A stretch of DNA of 64,000 nucleotides from Octopus sinensis (lineage: Eukaryota). The translations under genes were made by a program, and so were the position numbers. The DNA lies in contig NC_042997.1 of NCBI RefSeq assembly GCF_006345805.1, positions 63,116,001-63,180,000 of the forward strand, given 5' to 3'. Below, in pieces: positions 53,920-64,000 of this stretch (positions within the stretch are counted from its first letter, which is position 1; each line of letters opens with the position of its first letter). The notes under the pieces are model-generated. The model had not been told where the DNA came from and ran no database searches. It saw nothing but the letters and a program-made list of their open reading frames with translations.

Positions 53920-54237
53920 GTATGTACACCCCTAAAAAATATACTGCATTTTGTGGCATTATTTCAAGCCAGCCGGCTTTTTTTGCGCCAACTGCATGTA
54001 CATTTTTCTCGCGTATGCGTAGTATCAATCGCAATAACTGATGTACTTGCGCGTACAAATGCACGTTCCCACGGCTTTATCGATCGTATTGTCATCTGGA
54101 ATCTATTTTTGTAATTTTTTGAAGACTTATACACGCCGTGATATCGTCGGTATCTACATATTAAATTTGAGCGCAATCGGATGGAGGATGGCCAAGATCC
54201 TAGAAGATACACAGACAGACAGAACGGATTTTATATA

Positions 54238-54240
<3 letters not shown>
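53920..54240 (+). mobile_element. Possible Helitron/Helentron-associated non-autonomous element
   Basis: Ends AAATTTGAGCGCAATCGGATG...CACAGACAGACAGAACGGATTTTATATAATA, resembling the termini of DINE-1/HINE-type elements. Resemblance only. Confidence 0.35.
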
Positions 54241-54270
<30 letters not shown>

Positions 54271-55104
54271 ATATATACCAGATCCCACAGCGGTACCACA
54301 ACAGGAGAGTAGTCGCATGGCTGACACGAGTAAGATAGTATATATATATATATGTATGTGTATGAAGATTAAGTTTATAGAGAAACAAAAAACGAAGACA
54401 GGTGTATGAACAACCAGCAGGTGTATTGGTGTAACTCTCGGAAGAATGAAAAAGTCTTTTCCGTTTCGAACCTACGCTCAATAGAAAGGAATAAGCGAAA
54501 CCGTTTCGTGATAGAAAATTCATCGAAAGATGTGATCCATCTGCTAAGATAAATATTTATTTATCTAAAGGACAGAATACATGTGATACTGATAGTTTCA
54601 TATGTTGACAATTATCTCAAACGTATTCATCAGACACAAACCACATATAACAAACACGAACTAAAGAAAAATTGAATAAGAGAAGAAACACTATGAAACT
54701 GTGAAGGCAGCATGTTGTAATGATATGTAGTTTGTGCCTGTTGAATATGTTTGAGATATTTCTCAACATATGGAACTATTAGTACCATTTAAATATATGT
54801 AATGTATTCTTTAAATAAATAATATATATGTTTATACAACCACGCATTCACACACGCTTGTATGCTTACACATATGTTACACAGAAGGAAAGAGCCATGC
54901 ATGAACTGTTCTATTTATGGGTATAGGCCATCTGGTTGTAAGAATAACTAACTACGTACATTCTGGTATTTAAAGGCACAATTTACGTGTTTTAACATTT
55001 CAAATAACATTATATTTCCTGAAGAGTAAATCCAGGCCTGATACGTTCATTTTATGCGATAATAATTAGGATAACAGAATAATAGTGAATAAGAGAATTG
55101 TATA

Positions 55105-55165
<61 letters not shown>

Positions 55166-55749
55166 TATACGCACGTATACATGCACACACACACACACAC
55201 ACACAGATATGTATTACAGAGATTCAGTGAATAAAATGGAATCTAACATGTTTTCGTCAGTCTCATTGTGTACAAAACAATGTAGGTGGAATCTAGCTAA
55301 TACGTAAATTATCTTCAAATAACAAAAATCACCAAACATTTTAAAGCTATTTGAGATAACGTATTTCTGTTGCCTTTTGTTCTCGTTCGGATCGTATTGT
55401 TGAAAATTATCTGAGATATAGCTAGTGAACATCCTTCGATATAGACGTAACAGCAAATTATGGCAGATTATTGAGGGTGTGGAACATGCATTATGATGTT
55501 TTTTATGTATGAAAATGTAAATGGTATCTGTTGTCAAATAACAGAGTCGTTTACTGTGCACCTAAGATGGTCATCTGTATTGATAGATTCCAGACACATC
55601 ACATCGTACCATACTGGCTGTTTTGAAGTGAAACTCTTTCTAGTCGATTGTGTATCAATTACGGTGTAACTGTTTTCTTCGCCAGTGTACTGTTTTCTTC
55701 GCCATAATCTTCTTCCTGTCTATTGACAACTTATTTGCGACACCTTTAG

Positions 55750-56007
55750 CAATGACCACTCCTTCGTGTATGGTACTAACATTTTTTTCTTCTATAATCC
55801 TTCGGACACAACCGTTACTCATACGTTTCATGCCAAATCTGCATTCGCTACAAGAACAGAAACTGCAAAACAACTCCCTACGGATTGTGACAATCTCGTC
55901 TCCTTCAATTATCCCTATGGTTCCAATGCCAACAACTTCATTGCCCCTCACTTCTGTAAACATGAGCAGCTCGCACCTAAAACCGTTGTGTTGACTGTAA
56001 ATACCAG
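55750..56007 (+). CDS. Candidate coding exon of an unidentified gene
   Basis: Pyrimidine tract plus TTTAG acceptor, a 258-nt open frame (NDHSFVYGTNIFFFYNP...KTVVLTVNT) and AG|GTACCA donor. A 135-aa ORF also overlaps on the minus strand, so the strand is uncertain. Confidence 0.3.
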
Positions 56008-56238
56008 GTACCACTGTGAACGAGAATGATGAATGTATCCTTAACATTAACAAAGAGTGCACTTCAGCGTTGGCCTTTCTGTTCCAGGACGAAAGTTATT
56101 CATCTACTAACCAGCATCAACTTCTAAAAAAATAACTTTCTAGGTTCCAATGACAGTCAAAATTCTGAAGGGGAGCTAAGTAGGGCACTACCCATGAACT
56201 CACAATAGTCGAACTGTAGACAGAGACCTTCATTGCAG

Positions 56239-56346
56239 GCTAGCTATCGAGCTGCTATGCAGAGAAGAGTCTTCCAATTAGGTGGTAAACGAGACTGGAT
56301 GTATAAATGGCTAACTGGCCGATCATACTCTCTCCCACAGTGCTGA
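56239..56346 (+). CDS. Candidate terminal coding exon
   Basis: CCTTCATTGCAG| acceptor followed by ASYRAAMQRRVFQLGGKRDWMYKWLTGRSYSLPQC*. Confidence 0.25.
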   Translation, partial: ASYRAAMQRRVFQLGGKRDWMYKWLTGRSYSLPQC

Positions 56347-58864
56347 TGATTTAAGCGGAACAAACGACATTTCAAGCACTTTTGTTTCTGATTACTGTTT
56401 AAGTATAACTTAACGAAGCTATAGCAGTCCAAACTCAGAACCATATAATGTTATCTTCTCTCTCTGCCTTTTCTTCTACCACGAAATCTTTTGCTTATTG
56501 GAGACGGTTATTTTCGTGCCACCATTGCTCTGAAGCTTTCAATTCACTTTTATTTTGACCTCAACCCCATAGTATGTTCAACCGCAAGGCCTTATGCAAA
56601 TCGCAGAGCCCAGTGTTTTCGTCAAAGAACATTGATGCACTGGCTTTCTTTCTTTATATGTCTTTCTATCGTCCTCAACTTGCCACGGTTCTGAGCGGGG
56701 CATGAACGGCGTCAGTTTCAATAGAGTTGCAAAACCAGCGAAGACCGGGTCATAGCTTCTTCTTCTGAATATAACAAAGATAAAATGAAGAAAATGTATT
56801 AAAACTGAAGAAGCCAGAATATTAATTGCAAAATAATATCAAGTGATGGATAAAAGAATGGAAAACCTATAAAGTTCGAGTTTAGACTAAACATTCTACC
56901 ACATTAATTTCAAAATAAGAATTTTTAATTGCTTCTTGATTAATTTGGACGTAAGGAAGACGCAGTGTACAAGAACTATGAAACGGTAATTAATAACAGA
57001 ATATTCTAAATCTCTAAATTTTATTAGCACGCATATGTTAATATTTCTACCTCAATTTATCTAATAGAGACATTTTTATATTTATCTGTCTGAGACATTT
57101 TTCTACCAGACATTTATAGAACTGCTTCTATAAACACAGTTATGTATGAATAAGATTTAGTAATCAGTTTTGAATTTTCAATTTGTTAAAATATCGATTG
57201 CCGCTAACGTTTCCTGTTTTTCATGAACAGTGATTTTCATACATTCTGAAGTAATTTAGTTTGGTATGTAATCGTAAAACAACAAATACAGACAAAATGT
57301 AATAAAAAATGAGATTAAAATCAGTGCAACCATCATTATCTAAAATATTTAATGTTAAGTCTGGTGGTTATTATCTTCAGTTGTTTCCCTAACTCACACA
57401 TAAGCAGCCAAGTGAAGCGTGGGTTGTCAGAGACAAGATAAGACAGGATGAAAGCAGAAATAAAATGCCAAACATTTCAAATTTTGAAATGTCATATTGA
57501 AAACAAAATTTCATTTGACTTTGAATTGAATTACAGCAATCATTAATTTCTTTTGTAAACTTCACCTCACAAAAACATGCTACAAACTGAAAGAAAGATA
57601 AAAGTTATACATAAAAATGTCATTTTTACTTGCAGAAAACCAATAGTCATACGAATATCAGTAAAATAGACTGGAAATATAGATTAACTGAATTCATCCG
57701 TTGAAAGATAATCACGCAGTCATGCCTCTGCTTAAAGACTGACTTCTTTAATATCTATTGCATTTTTAAAGCTAGATAGGTTAGGTGAGATCATTGTGAA
57801 TATCTTGACAATAAAAGTAAACAATTCTTGAACGACACAAGCAAATGGACACAAGCAAATGGCAATAAAATACCCTATAAAGTTAGGTGTTCTCTTTCAG
57901 ACTGTTTAAATTAATGCAGATGATGTTCTTCTCGAGCATTTCAGGTTCACTTCGTAGGAAAATTCTATGTATGAAGTCTCGAGTAAGAATGCTGTAGTGT
58001 GTGTAGAGGTGGAAGGACCATGTGATATATTTAACACAGGGTCCGGATGCTGAGATATTGTATGCAACAAGTGACCATAAGAACATAAATTAAAAAAGAT
58101 GTGCAGCTAGCTAATTTTAGAACAGCAATGTTTGCAATATCGATAGATACAGATAGCAAACCTCACACCCGTCAACTAATGATTGCTGTGTGCTGTTAAA
58201 GCAATTACTGTCAATCAATCAAATCACTCTCCTTTATATTATAACCACAATTGTCTTGCCTGCCGTAACTAGATTTAAAAACACAATGGATATAAAACAG
58301 GTCATTCATTTAAGCAAACCTAGTGGTTTTAATTAGGTTTCAACAGCTCAGTTTAATTGCTCTTATTTTCCAATGTTTTAAAATCATGTTACCGGAATTT
58401 TTAATGACTAGTACTCATATTAATAAAAAAATATTGGTTATTTGCGAGTAAAAATCAGTCTCGAGTTTATATATTTCTCGTATATATTTCGCATTTCTAT
58501 TTCTAGTCATTGAGGTTTAGGCCGTAAAAAAGGAATCTATTTTGGCTGTTATATATAAAGCTTTAAAATATTTAACAAATATTTAATAAATCAGCCCCCT
58601 ACTATAGTAATGCCTTAACTAACAGCGGTTTCAAAGATAGAATATATTACAACACTTTAACAATTTAAGTAAAAATATGAATCGTATAAAAAAAGTAAAC
58701 AATAGACTTAGAAAAATAAATTGATTCACTCCTCCTTTCTCAATTAATGTTAAGACTGACGTAGGCAATGAATTCCAGTCTAGTTTAGATAAGCATTTTC
58801 AGTAAATCATAAATACAGAAAATTTTTAACATATGCCCAATAAAAATATCATATACCTGAAGCT

Positions 58865-59220
58865 TGTCCACTTGACCGAGCGTGTATGATAAACTCAGTT
58901 ATATACGAGGCTCTAGTTACGGTTACGCCCCGAGACAAATCAATCTAAAAGAAGAATTTTATTGGGAGACCTAAATCAAGAGACGTTTTGCAAACCACGT
59001 AACTCCTCCCTCAGGTCATCGATAAAAGTAATATAACTAAGTTGGATAACCACGTATTGAATTTGAAGAGCATAGTGGGGAAATCCAAGCCATATGTTAA
59101 TGGATCTAAGAAATGCGACTTTAGCGTAGCTAAAAGATCTCTTAATCTTCTTCGATCCAGCAATTCCAACCACTGATTAATTCGAGAACTGAAATTTTTA
59201 GCAGGTGTAGACATATGGCC
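58865..59220 (+). pseudogene. PLE (Neptune-type) GIY-YIG fragment, heavily decayed
   Basis: RACMINSVIYEALVT and KSKPYVNGSKKCDF resemble the C...NVIY.A.V and KPY.NGSKKC.LC motifs. Confidence 0.65.
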
Positions 59221-59756
59221 AGGTTTCTTTTATCAAATTTGAGGGTCCCACCCACTCCAGATTGAGTTGCTGTAGCGCAGGCGTTTGATATATTTTCTGT
59301 AATTTTGCTCTAAATTGTATTTAATGAGCTTTCTGCATTCAGAAAGCACGAGGCTCTGAGTTCTTGATTTCGTTTCTTTTTTCTCTTACCATTTTTTGCA
59401 CCAACCTATTCAGGGTTTTCCACGTTTCTTTTTTTTCCTTACTGTCCAGCATCCTTGTTTTTAAAAATATTTATATAACACATAAACAGATTTTGGAAGA
59501 TTGCTTAAAGATACGTGGCGTATTTTATAAATATACCTGTCCAATATCATAATAGCATGGAACTATTAGTAGATCCTTCGGTTTTAGGAAAGTCTTCATC
59601 TATTCTGTTGAGGGCATATATGTCCATTTGTTAGACTATTTTCCTTTGTCATCGCACGGCGATCGCCGTAATCTTTAAACTTATATAAAAATACCATTAT
59701 TATTATTTACAGGATTACAAAAATGGCGCTGTATAGAAAACTATCTACACCAAAAG

Positions 59757-59789
<33 letters not shown>

Positions 59790-59804
<15 letters not shown>

Positions 59805-59965
59805 ACCGCGTGTGTATCGTTGGCGATTTTTTTCCCTCCGTCTTCCCTTCCTTGGAGCTTTTTTTTCCCTATGTTTCTAACGAAGAGCTCCGCTCAAAAC
59901 GTTAAATCCTCCTTCTTTCTTTGCTTTCCTGAGCGTCCAATAACACTATACTAGTTCCACGTCCT
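59790..59965 (+). mobile_element. Short repeat with a decayed HHR (family F)
   Basis: 59873-59906: GUUU-CUAACGA-A-GAGC(UCC)GCUC-AAAA-CGU-U-AAAU. Two G to A changes away from a canonical CUGACGA/GAAA core. Confidence 0.55.
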
Positions 59966-60522
59966 CTAGTCATCACATACTTTTCTTTATTGCAATAAAG
60001 TTGATTTACAGCTGTTTCCGGTAGTTATTATAGGCAAGATCTTGATAGGTTTACTCAAATGGTCCATTGATTGAGAGAGATCGAACAACCAAGAAAGTTA
60101 ATGCCACTTTCGTCATACACACACATACACATGAAATATGATGATGATGATGAAGAGAAGGATTGCCTCATCTTGTCAAATGATAGCCGTCTCACATTCA
60201 ACCTGATTGTTCTAATTTACTTTTATCCTTGAATGTGCCTGGATATTCATTACGACAGAACTTTGTGGAATACAAAAGAGCTCAAGAATTGAAATGACTG
60301 CGACACATCTGTACGTCGATGGATTTCAATGACAAAGCTCGTACAACAATTTTGTATTTCTTTCGGTCACCCTAGAAGCTTCCAGTGACAAGCATTGTAA
60401 GATGAACAGGTACAATTTTGAGTAGAAGTTTTATACAGTTCTATATTTAAGAGATGACGAATTATGTACATTATTTACATTATTTACAATTGACGATATT
60501 TGTCCTCATCATATTTGTTGCT

Positions 60523-60568
60523 AACACAACGTTTCGGCCGATATACCCTCCAGCCTTCATCAGGTGTT
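60523..60568 (-). ncRNA. Minimal type I hammerhead ribozyme, family C, intact
   Basis: AACAC-CUGAUGA-A-GGCUG(gagggtatat)CGGCC-GAAA-CGU-U-GUGUU. Confidence 0.82.
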
Positions 60569-60614
60569 TTGAGGAAATTTCGAACATGGTTTCTCATTCC
60601 TAAGGTATATTCGA

Positions 60615-60663
<49 letters not shown>

Positions 60664-60814
60664 GTTGTTGTTGTTGTTGTTGTTGTTATTATTATCATTC
60701 AGGTCGCTGCTTGGAGTCGAACTCGGAATCTCCGATTCAAAGCAGTGACCTGAATAATAATAATGATAATAATAATAATATAATAATAATAATAATAATA
60801 ATAAAAATAAAAAA

Positions 60815-62218
60815 AACACCGGGGACGTGAGGAACACCGGGGACGTTTAAGATGAGATTACGATAAAACAGAGCTCCGAAATCTATCCACAAACATCGAA
60901 AATAAAGACATCGTATGAAGCCAAAAATTTACTAACAAAGGATTGGACTATATCCGAGTAATTAATGCTCATTGAAATTTATTACTATTTTCGAAACGAA
61001 ATGATGTATTTTAACTCGATATCATCTCCACCTCTAACACAACACATGTAAACATGCGTGAAACATTACGATCCATCAACACCAGATCATCCCCGACCCC
61101 AAACACCATGTACAAAAAAAACTACGAAGAAATTAAATAACACCGATATTATTCAACCCAAGAATAACAATCGGGAAGTACGTACTTTAAACTTACAACA
61201 CAAAATGTACGAAAAACTACACGTGCAAAACAATGTGACAACAGAAATGAACGGACCGGTACCCTACGAAAATGACGACCGTCAAAATAATGGGCCGGAC
61301 GTTGTTCCTCATGTCCCGCAAATAAAACCCAAAAGATATAAATGGACACTTGAGGAATACATTTCTATCTTACACGCTTACTTCACAGCAGTGCTCTACC
61401 CAAAAGATGAAAACACAACAACACATACATATAAAATATTGAAGGAAAATAACATAAATATAGACTTGGATACAGCAATGAACCCTAATAAACTAGCTAA
61501 CGTACGAAGATATATTCTCAACGCAAAAAAAAATATCAGAAATAGAAATTGAACATCTAAAAGAAAAAATACATCAGGAAAATGTAGATAGAAGCCACAC
61601 AACAATGCCCAACAATATAAACACTGAAACAGTAAAACACGAAGACAAACGTAACATTCCCAACAAACACGATGTAAACAAAAAACAACAAACCCAGACC
61701 GTAAGGATGCATAATAATACACGACAAACAGCAAGCCAAAACACGACAAACAAAAATACAAATGAGAACGAAAGCGATACAAATCTAAAACCTAGAAACA
61801 ACGAAGGGGAGCCTAATGATTATGATAATATAAAAAGTAGAATAATCAAAGAACTAAAAACCACAGAGCTCAAAATGGACCACCGACCATACCTCCCAAA
61901 AATCAAAATAGACGAAACAGCAACACCAATTATAAACAGCATATACCTAGCCGTCGCGGAACTAATAGCCACTGAAACAAAAAGCGATATCACTGAGCTA
62001 AATGACTTTGTATACGCAGCAGCCACTGCAGCCACAAAAGAAGCTGGATACTCACTGAAACCCATCCAAACAGGAGTACCACCACCCAAACAAACCCTGT
62101 GGATAAATAACATCCGAAACAAAATACAAAAATTGAGAAAAGATCTGTCGATTCTTAATGAAATCAGTAGACAATCAACGCTACTGAGCAACAAAAAGAA
62201 AACAAAAATACTCCGCAA
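60815..62218 (+). mobile_element. R4/Dong-like LINE 5' portion (5' UTR and N-terminal ORF), 3'-deleted
   Basis: KRYKWTLEEYISILHAYFTA...NPNKLANVRRYILN (N-terminal Myb-like block), ELNDFVYAAATA, W..NIRNKIQKLRKDLS. Begins directly after (AAT)n. Confidence 0.75.
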
Positions 62219-64000
62219 ATAATAACATCGAAAAATACCTTAGGAATGAGAACCGAGGAGATGGAAACAAATATCCGTCAATTGTAAATAACGTAAAAGT
62301 TTTATGTCTCTGTCCTAGATGAGCTGCATTCGCCACGGGTATCTCCTTTTCCCCTGGAAAATCTGTGTAATCCATAGATGGGTGTTTGATGCGGGTCAGA
62401 ATGAGCATCAGAGTAACGGTATTTAAGGGGTGATCCCACACTCCCTACAACTCTAGAACTCTCGAACTAGAGCCTCACCACCGGATGCAGTTTATATATA
62501 TATATATATAATGATGAAAGGACTACGTGTTATGGTATAAAAATTTCAAATTAGTTACAACAGTTTCGATAACTGGTGGAATTATCACATCAATCAACAT
62601 GCCGGCATCATACGTAGATAAAATATAGACGTTATATAAAGCTTCTGTAAATCCATGCGATATTGAATGAAAGTGTTATCTCATCTCGTTTCGATTTATC
62701 CCCTGCGATAGATATTTTGCGCTTATAACGGATACATTTCCGTTCTTTTTTTTAGTTTATATACATTTTGAAATTAACTGTCATTCGGATTTTGCATGGA
62801 ATGTTGACTGAAGTATTCAACTGTATGCCTTCCTCTTACTACTGACACATACATATATACATGCATACATACATACATACATACATACATACATACATAC
62901 ATTAACACATATAGGTAAAAACCACAACAGTACGAGTAAATTTGTGGTAAAGAGGAAACAAACAAATTATGCTAATCGAAAGAATGTGCATGAAAAGTGT
63001 AAAAATATAAAATGAATAAAAGAAACAAAAGTATAGGAAAAACGTGAGGTAAAAGCAGTGAAAAACGCCGGATGCCATAAAAAACGTCACACATACGCGC
63101 GCGTGCATAGACACATGCACACAAACGCGCACACAGAAATACACAGCCACACAACCACACAAACACACAAACACACACACACCCTCACTCACTTACACAT
63201 ACACACAAGCATATACACACGCACACGCACACGCACACACACTCACTCACATTAATGTTTGTTTTTATGTCGGGTACTAATAAAAGCAATTGAACATTAA
63301 AAGTTAAGAGTTACTCGATGTTTTTTGTAGTGTAAATATTTATTATAATTTCACATTTTTATTGTACTTTTATTATTTAAAAAAATTAAAATATATCATA
63401 AATATGGTTTCAAATAAGTTAAGCTACAAATAGAATAGAATGAATTCACCTATAAATATTTAATGCAATATAATCGTCAAGCTTTACTTTCCCCAAACAC
63501 ACAGGTTAAAATTTTAAAATAGTCATCAAGTAACAACAATAATAAAATATAGTTCCACAACTGTTAACCGACTAATCTTTCACTCGCATTTTTTGTGAAC
63601 CCCAAAACATTAAAAAGCAAATTTCCATTGTAGTCACTCCATCACCACGATGTGACACACACCATTACAAAATTTGCCACGCTTGACTGAGCTCTGAGCA
63701 ATATAACACAACTCCAGCTCGAAACAATAAAACCTTATATAATATCTTGCCACTAGCTCTCAACTTTTAAACCATGTTTATATTCAACTAAATATATTAC
63801 TCAGATGGAGATAAACTAAGTTATTATTCCTCATAGCTCTATTTACCACAGAAAAACAACCTACAAGTATAATGGAAGGAAGGGTTTTATGATAATTTTG
63901 GGGTATCTTCTTCTTCCATTATAATTATTATGTTGATTCAAGGAGCTGGAATTACGAAGAATGAAGTTCTCAGGCGGAGTAAATTCAATAACCGTTCATT

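Larger units (their letters stand above)
60435..62296. mobile_element. Inverted family C pair (minus 60435-60730; plus 60731-60814 and 62219-62296) split by an R4/Dong 5' fragment
   Basis: Head-to-head junction at 60730/60731. TSD AAGTTTTAT at 60426-60434 and 62297-62305. The plus-strand copy lacks the HHR segment (deleted). Confidence 0.82.

Noticed and set aside
55015-55050. CUGAAGA...GAUACGUU as a hammerhead
   Set aside because: GAAA is mutated and neither helix I nor helix II pairs.
56450-56770. Minus-strand exon after a strong TTTGTTATATTCAG acceptor
   Set aside because: All three frames hit stops, there is no clear donor and no recognisable protein motif.
62545-62600. Minus-strand UUGAUGU-GAUAA/UUAUC-GAAA-C-UGUU-GUA as a hammerhead
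   Set aside because: It has two core mismatches and no helix I; possibly a fossil, but not supportable from one copy.

Overview
Repeat-dominated, AT-rich animal genomic DNA, most likely Octopus (inferred from the SINE families and microsatellite load; not verified by search). No intact host gene could be identified, only a few weak exon candidates. Most computed ORFs are microsatellite artefacts or decayed transposon ORFs. Recognisable content: a near-full-length decayed RTE LINE, a Hero-like LINE, a 6-kb cluster of R4/Dong-like LINE fragments each bounded by (AAT)n, mariner/Tc1/Tigger DNA transposon remnants, several tRNA-derived SINE families, and Penelope-like element (PLE) fragments. The most striking structure is a set of type I hammerhead ribozymes (HHRs) from at least four unrelated terminal-repeat families. 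They occur at six loci as outward-facing inverted pairs of terminal repeats. One family combines a tRNA-like Pol III promoter, an (AAT)n tract and an HHR, and at 50.1-51.1 kb it directly follows a PLE GIY-YIG ORF end. Three such inverted composites are each enclosed by a single target-site duplication (TSD). Ribozyme calls come from pairing by eye; activity is untested.
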